Assembly (NCBI GenBank): GCA_012295275.1
Contig: CM022674.1
Coordinates: forward strand, 3,286,001 to 3,350,000
Direction of reading: 5' to 3'
Length of the DNA stretch: 64,000 nucleotides
DNA from: Chrysomallon squamiferum
Lineage: Eukaryota; Animalia; Mollusca
A program made the position numbers and the translations under genes. Below, piece by piece: positions 44,107 through 58,534 of this stretch (the first letter of the stretch is position 1; every line of letters starts with the position of its first letter). Below the pieces are notes generated by a model. The model had not been told where the DNA came from and searched no databases. It saw only the letters and a program-made list of their open reading frames with translations.

Positions 44107-44900
44107 TATTTATTTATTTATTTATTATTTTATTTATTTTTTTTATTGAGAGGGTATTTTAAATATTTCATATTTTATATTAATATTATTGTGATGCATT
44201 AATTATACAATTTTTTTTATTGTTATTATTATTATTTATCTCATTTCAAGAAATATACAGAAATAAATAAAATAAAATAAAATGAAATAAAATAAATAAA
44301 TAAATAAATAAATAGCATCTGCTTTAAAACTAATTATAAATCAAATAAAAAATGAGAACCTAACACACATGAAGATACAAACTGACATTTGGTATGTGTT
44401 ATATATTGATAGAAAATAAAGTTTTCTGTAACTGGAATTTTTAAAGAGATTCTTTCCTATATCCAGTTTTGTTTCAGTTTTTAACAAATTTTTAATTGTC
44501 AGTTATAAGCTGGATTCATTTTTTATTTATCATTCTTTATATTTTATTCTTTTTGTTAGTATGATTATTATTATTATTATTTTGTACTGATACAAAGACA
44601 TAAAAAGTGCATTATTGTATATAATTATATTATTTTATGTTTCTGTATATACATATATGTATATATACACACAGACACACACACACACACACACAGACAC
44701 ATACACACATATACATGTATACATATTGCTTTAGCATCTGCTGTATTGTATTACATTATTTTGTAATTTGTTTTTGATGCCAATTTATATATAAAATAAT
44801 GATGTGTATTTCTCTGCATCCTGTTCAGTTATTTGTTTTTCTATTCATTAGTACAAGCTCTTGACACACCATTAAATAAAACACAAGTCTCTATAAGGCC
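42353..44900 (+). other. Probable 3'UTR of TMEM47-like gene (end uncertain)
   Basis: AU-rich sequence after the stop, with several AATAAA hexamers (e.g. near 43091, 44414, 44875). The true cleavage site cannot be determined from sequence. Confidence 0.45.
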
Positions 44901-45183
44901 ACTGTTGATCAGAAATGGAAAATGAAGAAACAAGTAGACATTATTAACAAAAGACTATAAAAGCATATTATTAAAGTATCATCTAGTGTATATCTAGTGA
45001 GGATATATATGTGTCAATCTTTCTATCTATCTATGTATCTATCTGTCTGTCTATCTATATTTCTCTCTGTCGGTCTGTCTATGTGTCTGCCTTTCTGTCT
45101 GACTGTCATTCTATTTATCCAACAATCCGCTCGTCTGTCTGTCTATTCGTCTATCCATCTATCGATATATCTTCCATTACACA

Positions 45184-45430
<247 letters not shown>

Positions 45431-47121
45431 TGGATTAATATTCATTCTTAAATATATATTTCCAGTACCAGGTTTCACACACAAGTAATTACAGACACAG
45501 ATGACGTAAGATGAAGATCAGCATGCTTCGTAGGAACCGACGATAACAAAACTACTGAGTGACATTACCTAAGGTTTCCTTTGTGAATGCGTCATATTGT
45601 CAGAATGCGAGTGAATGAGTTCGAATCCCTCAATGGTTTGTTGCACCTACTCACCTACATAACCGTATATATGTATATCAGTTCAACGTACATAAGTAAA
45701 AGGAAACATACACAGAATAAATATATAACATAAACCAAAAAAAATGAAAAATCAATCTTTACGTTAACAATTTTATGGTGATGTATTTGTTTAAAAATAA
45801 AACAAAATAAATAATAAAACTGGATGATCATCAGAAATACCAGTTTTATAACAAATACTATGAAAAAATATGAAATATATATAATCATTTGATTATAAAT
45901 ATAAATATATATATATATATATAAGAAAAAAGGATTATTGTTAATGAAGATTTATTACTGTAACTATTATTATAGTTTTAACTTAAATTTTATTTAAAAG
46001 CATTTACCTAATATGTGTAAATATTTTATTTCATTTTGTTTATCATTCAAAGGTAGTTTATAAGTTTAGTTTTATATTGCTAAGATATCAAGGTAGGTAT
46101 GGAAAGAAGTCAAAAGAACTAATATAAATAAGCGGAATGAAATAGTACTTTAGAGAGAATGATAGATAGAGAGAGAGATAGATAGATAAATAGACAGACA
46201 GACGAACAGACACAGACAGACAGACAGACAGAGAGATAGATAGACAGAGAGATAGATATATAGATATATAGATAGATAGATAGATGGATAGATAGATATA
46301 GACATAGATAGAGATAAATAATAAATAAACAGTAAAATAAAATAAAATTTATAGCAAGCACTTAACCTGAAATACCGATATTTATAATTCATGGGAGACA
46401 ACTCAGAAAATTTTTCAAGCACCGACTTTAATGCAGTTGCTTCCCTTATATGTCGCTTACATCCTGGGTGAAAATCGACGTAGTCAGACGTATAACATAA
46501 TCAATTACAACTCCTGGGAGTAGGCATTTTTACCGTAATACACTCTGTCATCAAAAACAAAACAAAACAACGCCATCTGCCGATTAAGAATGAAATGATA
46601 ACGAAAAAAGATTGTATACTTATTTATCTGATAAGTTTTTTTAAAATTAACCGGACTAGGTGAAATATACATATAACCGCTTTTTTGTGTGTTTAACTGT
46701 AAAATGCTAATAGTTAAATCTAACAAATAGGAAACTATGGGATATTAATGAAAAAATGTTCCAGTAACTATTTGGGTATCGACGTTTTTCCTCACTTTAA
46801 GATAACAGAGTGGAGGGAAGCAAAAGTTCATCGTAAAGAAGAAATTTGATATGATGAATATAGAGATAGCTCATTGCACAGGGAATCTGTCGAGGCCTAA
46901 TCACAGGGCATAAATACGTCAGGTCTGAAAAGAACATTTATTTCCGTACCATGATCTGAAATCCAGCACTTGATAATGTAAACAAATAAATAAAGAAAAA
47001 ATTAGAAACGAAAACAAACAAACAAACAAAAAAGATAAAATCGTCTTGTTCTGTTGTCAGATTCACTAAAGGCAGATTTATTTTTAATTACTCATGTCTG
47101 CAACAAATTATCTCTGTCTGT

Positions 47122-47249
<128 letters not shown>

Positions 47250-47390
47250 GTTTCAGTTCGTCTGCCTGTCTGAATGTCTCTACTAATGTTGTTGTTGTTG
47301 TTACTGTTGGTTCAGTTGTTTTTGTTTTTGATGATGCTATACTTCTGCTGCTGCTACTACTACTACTACTACTACTACTACTATTACTAC

Positions 47391-47450
<60 letters not shown>

Positions 47451-48269
47451 AATGGAGAAAAGAAATGACACTTTGTCCTCTGTTTTCTTTCCTATGTTTT
47501 CTGTAAAACTGACACAAATTTAAAGTGCTCTTAATGTAAAACGTGATTTTAAAAAAAAGAAGATAACATTCTAAAAAAAAAGAAAGAAAAGACACAGCAA
47601 AAGGTATTCCTAACAGTAATTGTTTTTAATCAGCATTTAATGATTTTATTTCTATTTTAATGGACATAACTAATCCGTAAATTTCGATATTTCTGGGACG
47701 TGATTTATTCTGCTTACTTTCGCCTCAACATTCTTACATGTACAGAGGAAAATACCGTGTGTGTGTGTTTGAGTGTGTGTGTGTGTGCGTGAGTGTGTGT
47801 GTGTGTCTGTGTGTGTATATGTGTGTGTTTGTGTGTGTATGTGTGTGTGTGTACCTTTGGAGGGCGTACGTGCAAATGTATGTATGTATGTATGTATGTA
47901 TGTATGTATGTATGTATGTATGTATGCATCATACTTTCTTCTTCGTTAAAATACACAGACACTGCTAAGGTAAATCAGTACACCAAGCAGTCGCTGGCGT
48001 TGGTTTAGAGATTTATACATCGTATTGATTTTCAACAATTGAATATTTCGTTCAACAATTGGAATTAAACCCGACTGGCCATACAGATTTGTGACAGGTC
48101 AAACCGAGCGCCTCGTAGCTATTTTTTTTTTACTCTTGTTGTTTTTGTCATTTTCTTCTTCAAGAAATGAAAAGCGCAAACGTTTACACAAACTGGACAG
48201 TTTTCTCGATAAAACGACACTAATAGGAGAGTATTGCCATCCATTAAATGTCAAGAATCTTCTCTTAGT

Positions 48270-48430
48270 TCCAGTCTCGCGAGATTTCCATACGCGATAA
48301 CTCTCGTGATAATAGATGGCGCTCTTTCTGTCGGTGGGCGTCGCCAAACATGTCACCGTTGGCTATTAGTTATCGAACCTAGAAGCTACTTGATGGCTGT
48401 TCGCTCGAAATTCGAGACGAAAGTATGTGA
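48270..48430. promoter_or_regulatory. CpG-rich candidate promoter/insulator
   Basis: Palindrome TCTCGCGAGA at 48275-48284, AGATGGCGC at 48314, GGGCG box, and possible donor GTATGT at 48423. Confidence 0.35.
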
Positions 48431-48525
48431 ATGTGATATCTGGCAAATTTCTGCGATAGTGTTCTAAGATGTCAGTGATTTGTTCTTGAAATATGGAATG
48501 TTTAGATAAGATGAAGATATCATTT

Positions 48526-48561
<36 letters not shown>

Positions 48562-49563
48562 ACATATACTAATTTTTTTGAATGAAAGAAAATTTTAAAA
48601 TGTCATTAAATAAAAAACATAAAATCAACATTTATAATAAAACATGAAAAACAATATTTCTAAGTTACATCATCATCATCATCATTATTACTATTATTAT
48701 TATTATTATTATTATTATTATGGTGGTGCCATTTTTATGTTTCGAAAAAGTAGAAAACACTATCATCATCAGTTTATTATTATTTATTTTTTAAATTTTT
48801 TTTTCGAAATTAATACGATTTCCACATACTAAGAACTAGTCCGCAAATAATTTAGATTTCTACATTAAAAGCTTTATAAAACCAAATGTTCGCCTGTTTG
48901 CCAGAAATCTTAAACTAAAATATCTGCTACTGTTGTTTTCTATAAACGTTATTGTTGCTGTCTTCTTTTGTTTTGTTTTGTTTTCTTTGTGTGTATGTGT
49001 GTGTGTGAGTGTGTGTGTGTGTGTGTGCGTGTGAGTGTGTGTGCGTGTGAGTGTGTGTGCGTGTGTGTGCGTGTGAGTGTGTGTGGCATAGCTATTACTA
49101 GCACTGCAGCTACTGCTATGACTGTTACTCCATTACTACTACTACAACTACTACCACCACTACTACTACTGCTACTACTACTACTGCTACTACTACTACT
49201 ACTGCTGCTGCTACTACTACTACCCTGCTTATGCTGTTACTTCTGTTACACTATTACAACCATTACTATTACACTATTATTAATGCTATTGCTATACTAT
49301 TGTCACCAGCACTGGTATTGCTATAACTACTGCTACCACCTCTTCTATTTTTGCTACAACTTCTAACACGTATTTCATTGCAAACATTGACATACAGTTC
49401 TTGGCTTTACGATATTTATCTTTATAAATATTTTATTTTATTTTAATGTTCCTAGACGTTTCAAAAAGAAGACATTTTTTTTTTTATTTCTGTTTTTCTT
49501 TTTCCTTTTTGTTAATATCAGTAAGGCTCATTCTTGTTGACAAAAACAACATTAAACTCCTTA

Positions 49564-49596
<33 letters not shown>

Positions 49597-50820
49597 CCAA
49601 AACACAAAACGGCATCCGATTGATTAAAGGCATTTTCTATAGATTTTATACTTTTTCTTCTTTTTTTTTAAATTTCTCTTTTTAATTATGCTGTTTTTTT
49701 TTCTTTTTTCTCTTTTTTTTTTCCTTTCCTTTTTTCGTTCTTATGCTATTTTTTCTTTCTTTCTTTCTCTAAAAAAAAAAAAAAAAAAAAGAAAAGAATT
49801 TCCTTCACGTTCTGGAGATGAAATCTCGTAATAAATTGTGTTTCTTCGAGACTGAAAAAAAAAAAAAAAAAAAAACAAATTTTAAAAAATTAATTCTCGC
49901 TAAGAAATCACAACTCCATTTGCTGGGTCTAATTTATTAACCGCGCCGTTTATCCTTTTTCATCGATCTACCTTCCGTGCAGAACCAGATTCTGAAAACT
50001 CCAGTTTTCTCCTTTGTAATGTCAGTTTTGTGTTCAGCATGTTGCGCGTGTGTGTTTGCGGTGGTTTTTGTGCGTGCACTGGAACGTACATACATTATTG
50101 TTTGTTGGTGTAATATCGTATGTGAGTTTTCTGCATATGTTTTGTATATATGTGTTCCAGGTGTGTATTTATAGCTGTATTGTGTGAGTATGTTGTGGAT
50201 CGTGTCTGCATATGTGTGTGCTTTGTTTGTGCGTATGTGTGTGTGTGCTTTTACCTGCGTTTGCGTTACGGGTATGGAATTACAGAGAGATAAGTGTTAA
50301 ACGATGTGTACATATGTGTGTGTATGTGCGGTGTTCTTTATGTTTTGTGTTCTTTACGTGATTGCCTTATAAAGACTGTTTTCAGTTTAGACTCTAACCT
50401 GATAGATTTCGCGAGATTTGTTTTTCGGTAACATATAAGAAAAGGATAATCATTATAATCATCAACAACAAAACAACAAAAACAACAGTTAAAAAAAATC
50501 TCAAAACACGAGTTATCAGGAAAGAAAATCGGTTGCTCCTAAAAAAAAAAAAAAAAAAAAAAAAATCTGCTGTTCGATATTTCAATTTTAAAGATCCATT
50601 CCCCAAGGAATTCGACAAGCAGCTCACAACTATACATCCCATGATGCATTGCCTGCGACCATTTTGTTACACGTCGTTTATCCGTAGAGCGATTTATCAT
50701 CGGAATATGGAGACGAACAAGATCGATGCAGATGTACTTTCGGCTATTAGATTTAGCACTTGAAGATTCTGAGTTCAATCCTCAGTCGATGGCAAGTCAA
50801 ATAACTACTACTACTACTAT

Positions 50821-50861
<41 letters not shown>

Positions 50862-50914
50862 TTGCTACAAATATTATTATTATTATTATTATTATTATGG
50901 ATGGATGAACCGAT

Positions 50915-51075
50915 AGACGGACGTGGTCAATTAGAAAAACCATTGAAGGGTTACTCTTTCGAGTTTAGCAGCTAAGTGTCTTTCATCTGCACCAACCCAT
51001 AGACAGGACAATGCACGGAATGCAAGATATCAGTCCGTCGAAACAACGCACACTGATCAGAGCTACGTCCCGATT
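50915..51075. mobile_element. Degenerate SINE-like interspersed repeat fragment
   Basis: gggttactctttcg...tagcagc...tgcaccaacccatagacagga...gagctacgtcccg resembles (from memory) an abundant gastropod SINE-like repeat. A related decayed fragment lies at about 56290-56410. Confidence 0.4.
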
Positions 51076-51264
51076 TATATAGATACACATACAGAAAGAC
51101 ATTCAGATGAATAGACAAAGGGACAGGCACACAAAAACCGAAACATCAGTTACCATTTTTTTCTTTAATTATTAAATTTAATTATATTTTTTTTTTCTGT
51201 ATTTCTCTATATATCTTCGTTAGCTACCGAGTTTGGAAGCTACTGAATTTTTCTTTTCTGGTTT

Positions 51265-51414
<150 letters not shown>

Positions 51415-52024
51415 CATAAGGTCATATATACAATGTACACATACACTCTCACAGATATGTACTCCTAAAGATACACACACAAACACACACATACACACAT
51501 ACACACACACATACACACACATACATACACACATACACCTGTACACATGAAAACACAGATTAAAAAAAACCACAGTCGTGTATTGTCTCACATATACACA
51601 CACACGCACGCACCATTATTCCTACCGCACCCCAAACACATTAAACAAACAAACAAACAAAACAGATACGCCAAACACACGCGTTCAAAAACGTCATCAT
51701 TTTAAAAAAATTCAGTCTCCACTCGTAAATTTTACATGTTAACTCTTGTCTAAAAACCCACTACACTGTATTCCGTTTCTTTCCTCAGAGCTCATAATTC
51801 CGTGCTACTCTTCCAATTCGCCATCCAAGCCTACCAACCACAATCTTGTAAACCGTGGAAGAGTAATTAACCATTTGCGATGGGGGGAAAGGAGAAGAAA
51901 AAAAAAAGATCAACTGGTATTCGTGAATTAATTACACCGTAACCCCATAGTAAACTAACCCAAAATCTTCTTGCAGATTGACAGCCTGTATAGCTCCGCC
52001 TACTGATTAATATTAATAAATGAA

Positions 52025-52060
52025 TATATAAATACATACAGTAATGAGAATTACTGCATT
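52025..52060 (+). promoter_or_regulatory. TATA box / core promoter of the signal-peptide gene
   Basis: TATATAAA at 52025-52032, with Inr-like GCATT about 30 nt downstream and the ATG at 52174. Confidence 0.5.
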
Positions 52061-52173
52061 AACGACGAGCAAACGGGCTTAATACTTTCTCAGATCGTTG
52101 TTAGGGGGACGAACGAACTTTTTTGATTTATTCTAAGTATACGAGTTCAACTCAGACGCAATCAACTACGAGG

Positions 52174-52245
52174 ATGAAGACTCAGGCGTTTGTCGTAGTA
52201 GCTGCTGTTCTTCTTTTATGTCATCTTGTCGTATCCCAAGAACAG
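52174..52245 (+). CDS. Probable first coding exon of a secreted/membrane protein gene: signal peptide MKTQAFVVVAAVLLLCHLVVS-QEQ
   Basis: AGGATGA start, basic n-region, hydrophobic h-region, V-V-S small-residue cleavage site, perfect donor CAG|GTAAGT at 52246 (phase 0) and TATA box upstream. Downstream exons not recognised. Confidence 0.75.
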
Positions 52246-52366
52246 GTAAGTGTTTTTTGGTTTTTTTAGTTTTTTCATTTTCTCTCTTTGACTTTGTATT
52301 TGTCTTTCATTTCACACACACATATATATATTATACATACATACATACACACATACAAACACGGAA

Positions 52367-52400
<34 letters not shown>

Positions 52401-52505
52401 GTATGTATATATATGTATTGACAAAATAAAGTTTTGAACTATATTTTAAAGAATACATAGTTATCAAATCAAATTGTAAATTATGGAATTGTGTACATAC
52501 AAAAA

Positions 52506-52547
<42 letters not shown>

Positions 52548-53491
52548 TATATATATATATACAAAATTGAGGTTTGAGCTATATTTGAAAGAACACATAC
52601 TTATTAAATCAACTTCTAAATCATAAAATTGTTAACACATACACACACACACAAAACACACTCACATACATAAAGTTAGCTCTGAAAAATAATCGTATTT
52701 AACGTTACAACACATTTAGAGCTTTTACAAAGTTACCATTTTCAGCCACCATCACAGTTACGAATGTTATCAAACCTGAGTTACCATTAATGCTGCGTCT
52801 AGCTGCCGTTATAAATTTCCCATCTGTCTTAATATTATAATTATTATGCTGTTAATAATTATAATCACAGCTGTAACGTAATTACAAACAGAAACCACGT
52901 CTTATTAATATATGCGACTGTTAGCTGTCAAATTCTATTTTGAAAGCAAACTCGTGATACTGAAATGACGTAAACTGTCTCGTTTTCTAATTTAGATTTC
53001 ACAAAAAGAAAGAAATACTATATTTAAGCAGTCGTAGGGGTTATCTAGTATGAAAGAATAAACGAATAGAAGAAATGAATTAAAGACAGTTAATGAATGA
53101 GTGGAAGAACTAATTGATGAATGAATGAAAGAACGACTGAAAGAATGACTGAAAGAATGATTCAAAGAATAAATTCAAAGAATAAATGTATGTATGTATG
53201 TATGTATGTAAGTATGTACGCACGCATCCATGCATGTACTTATGAACGCACGTGTGTGTTTGTGTGTGTGACTATATACAAACGTAATTACATATTTATG
53301 AATATGTCTGTTATTATTCATTATTAACGCCATCGCAGTATCACCATCTTTTTCCTCCATCTTTTTATGCGTATGTCAAAAGTTAATCTTGTGTAACTGA
53401 GTAAACATAACGTAACTTTTATTTTACTACGCAGACATTACAGTTACGTTATTACAGGTAATTCCACCGTAACCATAAAGCTTGGCGATAT

Positions 53492-53635
53492 GCAACGTAT
53501 TAAACTCTGAACGTATCAGAGTGGTTACGCAACGTACGAAACTCTGAACGTATCACAGTGGTTACGCAACGTACGAAACTTTGAACGTATCACAGTGGTT
53601 ACGCAACGTACGAAACTCTGAACGTATCGCATGCT
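53492..53635. repeat. 37-bp minisatellite, about 4 copies
   Basis: Unit gcaacgtacgaaactctgaacgtatcacagtggttac. Confidence 0.9.
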
Positions 53636-53929
53636 TTATGCCAAGTATTAAACCCTAAGCGTATTACAGACGATTTCATAATGGTTACGAATCGTACAAA
53701 AGGCGTTACGAAATAAATAATAAAATTCTACATTAACTCTACTAGTGCACGACATCACAGATATATTTACGGGGTAAGAACAGAGGAAATCCGCTGACGC
53801 CATCCGAATAATATCAAAGAATTTCTCATATTCACCTCCGTAAAGAAATAATAAAAAAACAAAAAACTTATATTACAGCCAGCGATACCCCTAATCGTTG
53901 AGATGTTGGATAGATATGGAAAATATACA

Positions 53930-54010
53930 GATGGGGCTCAGGCGAGGGTTGATCCCGAAGTCCCCAACATCTGAAACGCGAGCTCTAACTGCCAGCATTC
54001 TGCGGAGTAT
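53930..54010 (-). mobile_element. Decayed tRNA-derived SINE head
   Basis: Minus strand shows A-box-like TGGCAGTTAGAG and B-box-like GGGATCAACCC at tRNA-like spacing, without an intact cloverleaf. Confidence 0.35.
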
Positions 54011-55637
54011 TTGTAATCGTTGACAGCAAGTAACTCTAAAAAAAGGTTGTGACATATTTTTCAAATGTAACTGGAAATACATGTTCACAGCGTATTGAAA
54101 AGCATAACCGTATAATGTTGAAAGAAATTAAATGACATTTTTTAACGTAACTTTGGAGATAATTTAATTGAACGCAACGTCCGAACTCTGAACATAACTG
54201 AATAACGTTCTTCGTAACGATATGTATGTGAACGTAATTATATAAGTTTAATCGTAAACTACAGGACTGAACGCAAGTTTAAAATGTTACTTTTGATGCT
54301 GTTGCTGCTGCTGCTGCTGAAACTAATAATAATATCAACAACAACAGCAACAAAATGTTTAATACAAATATATGAAAAACGAAAATATAAATATTAAAAA
54401 AAAAATAATAATAATTAAATGAAATAAAACGTAACAGAAAATATTTATTCTTAGTTGTTCTTCGTACTCTAAATATGCGCTTTAAATATCGTAATCTGTG
54501 CATTCTAACCCTGGTTTATGTTACATTCTTTTTTTTTCTCCTTCCTTCCATGTTTTCTAATTAGTTGAGGAATTAATGGAATCGAGTGACATTACTGTTC
54601 TGTACACAAGAGACATCATGTCGATAAGGTTTGGTGCGCACACATTTCACGTACCATTACACATGAATGTTGTCGTTGCAAAATAATATGCCAAAATGAT
54701 TATAGACGCATTTCATAAACAGATATACACACAGGGTCAGATATATATAAACGATAATAGACCGACAGTGATATGATATACATAGAGATTAGACAGACAG
54801 AAACGAAGATTAGACAATAGACAAGTACAGATAGATAGAAAAGTTATAAGACAGACACAGAATATAAGTAAAGACGCAAAACAGACACGAAAAGGTATAT
54901 AAGCAACGTTTTTTTTTTTTTTTTTATAAATGGACATAGAGTCATGAAATAAAACACGAACTGGGATAGACGTTGACACAAACAGAAGCTCAAAATACGG
55001 ACGTGGATATCATCAAAGAATACAGACACGAACAAACAGACGTATTCAACGATATTACACAGACAAGCACACACAAATACAAGTAATGTTTTTAGACAGA
55101 CACGGACAGAGAAAAAAACAAGTTATTAGACACGTAGACGGACATTAGCAAATATTTATGAGAGAACACGAACAAAAAAAGTAACCTAATTCATCAGAAC
55201 ATATTGGAACTTTAGCGAGTCGCATACACCAACACATGCACAAGCAAAACTATTAGAAACGGACATAGAATATAAACATAAATATTTGACACGGACACAG
55301 ACACAAGAACAATTATTAGAGAGGGACACAAGAAACAGTCAAAAACAGAGAAATTAAGCAAGAATATCAGAAAAGAAAGATGAATAGACAAAACTATATT
55401 TAATAAAAATACATACAAAGATCTGTTATCGTATGATAATATAATAATAATAATAATAAAGAAGAATCTAAGAAGAAAGAAAAAGGGCGTATTAGTACAG
55501 AAGTAAACAAAAGTTACTAAAAGAGTATCCACATGACTGAAAATGTATTCAGCATATATATATATATATAGTTATGCTTCTATACGCTATGGTAGTGTAT
55601 TTCGATTTACATTTCAAAAATATTTCACACACATGCG

Positions 55638-55668
<31 letters not shown>

Positions 55669-55943
55669 TTACATATATGTGTGTGTATGTGTATGCACAT
55701 ATGTTCACACTCTGACATATAGATAAATAGATAGATAGAGAGAAAAATACACTCACCTACCCCCAAACACAGACACACATATACATACATACATATTCAC
55801 TCATAACAAAAACATTCACATGATACACTCATACAGGCTTAGACCCTACAGTCATCCACACAAATTAGGACACGGTACGAAAACCGTACATAAACACATT
55901 TCTACAGAGCCACACACACACACAGACACACACACACAGACAC

Positions 55944-55995
<52 letters not shown>

Positions 55996-56789
55996 AGACA
56001 GACAGACACACACACACACACACACTGTAATTTCCTTTCGGCAGTCAGTATTATTTTATATTCATTACTTAGCATCCCATCAGACAGCCAGATTGCTTTA
56101 GTAATTCGACATTCCAGAATTTAATAAAAACATTTCACATGTAAACACACACTTCAGCTAACGGAACAGTCAACGGAAACGAGCCCGAAGCTCCTGAACA
56201 ATTTTTATTCGTTTTCAAGAAGACCAGCAATAATTATCATTGTAAAATTTCTGAAACTAACCGTGGTCAAAGACCTCGAAGAATTTTTAATCTGCGGTTA
56301 TATGGCGTTATACGAACATTACTTGACTGAACAGAAAACAACAAGAAATCCTGCAGCTAACGGTTGCTATTTTTCAATTAAGAGAAAAGGGATCTGTGAT
56401 GCATGCATACGTTGTCTTCAGTTATGTATCGTAACTTTTAACTGAGCCAGAAATGGGGATAGGCCGAGCGAGAAACGCATACACGCGTATAGAGACAGAC
56501 AGAAATACGAGGGCCATAATCAAGGCGAGCCAACGCCCCAAGTACCGCCCTACCCTCCTCGTCTCCACTTCGTTGATTAAGGGACAAGACTCTAGGTGAC
56601 AATAAATTCTGAAAATGGAATAATAGAATTTGTAATCTTTTTTTTTTTTTCGTTTTATCATTATTATTATCTTCGTTAGCATCATCATCAGTGTCATCAT
56701 GATCAAAAATAAGCATTTTAAAAATACCATTAACAATATTAACAATTTCAGTAAAAATTAAATTTTAGATGTCCTGTTTCTGTTGAAAT

Positions 56790-56886
<97 letters not shown>

Positions 56887-58503
56887 TTTTCTGTGTGATT
56901 GTCTGTTTGTCTCTCTTTCTCTCTGACTCTCTTAATCTTTCATAGTCCCTTCATGAATCTACAAAGAGAATATTTTCCGATAAACCGATAAAGCGTTTTA
57001 TAATCACGTTGTGTAGGCCTACACTTTATCAGTATAAATTTAACTAAATATTTCTTTTTTCACAATTTGTTGGTCCGCTGTTTGTTCAGATATATAAAGA
57101 CCTATTTAAAAGTATGTAGGCTCTCTTTGGCTTGTCATATTAACCACTTTTTTTCCTTTTATACATGTAAAACATCGGCTAAATAATTGCAGTGCGAATC
57201 TGTGTAATTTCATTAAACTTCGAGAGAAAAAAAAAGGCTTTTTTAAAGACATTTTTTTTAATTTACTTACTTATTTATTTATTATTATTATCTTTATTTA
57301 TTTATTTATTTATTTAATAAATTATTTCAATGTCTGTTCGGAATCTATTTTCATTCATTACCTATTATCGTACGACCCCATCATTTCAAATTTCCCTTTC
57401 CCTCAAAGTTCAATGCTCTCTGCAAAACCGAACCATTCACGGTATCAAAACCACAAGCACACTAAACTCTTCCACATGGCCGCTGATCCAATGAAACACA
57501 TATTGACAGAACAAACAGATAAAAAAAAAAAAAAAAAAAAAAATTGAAAAAGAGAAAGAGAAAAAATGCATTAAAATCTCAAACATCGAACTCTCGGAAT
57601 AACCAAACCAACTAATGGGCAACTAATCGGTGAAAAAAAGGGTCGCGGAATAGCACGATCCTCTTTAACGTTGGCTAAATATTTCAGTCGCAGATTTGGT
57701 TTTTTTGTCAATGAAATGCAGCCAACGTTTTCTCACAATGTAGCCGGTACTACGCCCGTAAACCCCGCTGTGGTAGTAACAAGACGTGGTAAACCATGCC
57801 ACGTACTCGACATGTTATTTTGAGAGCCAGATTCACGATTCTTAAGCAGTTTGGTTATCAAACATAGTGGTATGTGCTGTCGTGAAACTGAATAAAAAAA
57901 AAAAAAAATAAAAATAATAATAATATCATGAGCAACATACTTAAGTACAGAATCTAAAAAAAAAAGAAAAGTCCTCCACCAAAAAAAAAAAAAAATAATA
58001 ATAATAAAAATTAAAATAAAATAAAATTTAGAAAAGTAAAATAAAAAATTATCGAGAAAAGTAAAAAAAACAAAAAAACATAACAAACAATAAAAAGATT
58101 GATTGAAATTTTAATAGAATTTTTTAGTTGATTATGACTTAATTTAGAATTCGAGGATGAAAACGATATGTTCTTTCTTCTTCTAATTAAAAATAAAAAT
58201 AAAATATTAATGATCGTATTATGTAAATGAAAATAATAATAATAATAATAATAATAATAACGATAATAATAATAATAATAACAATAATTATGATAAGATA
58301 ACAGTAAAAGAAAATCGAAAGATAAATATTAATTAGTGATTTGTAGGGTGTGTTCTATTTAAAAGCGACTTTTATTATGTAGCGAGAGCACTTTTCCTAA
58401 TCTAAATTTTTGAAATTATGTCAAGATTATTATCCATATGTAACCTTTGCAGCAATTTTGTTTTTGTATTATTATTATCACTGCTAGTACTGTTACTACT
58501 AAG

Positions 58504-58534
<31 letters not shown>

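Noticed and set aside
45560-45640. tRNA gene suggested by B-box GAGTTCGAATCC
   Set aside because: No A-box or cloverleaf stems; at most a SINE remnant.
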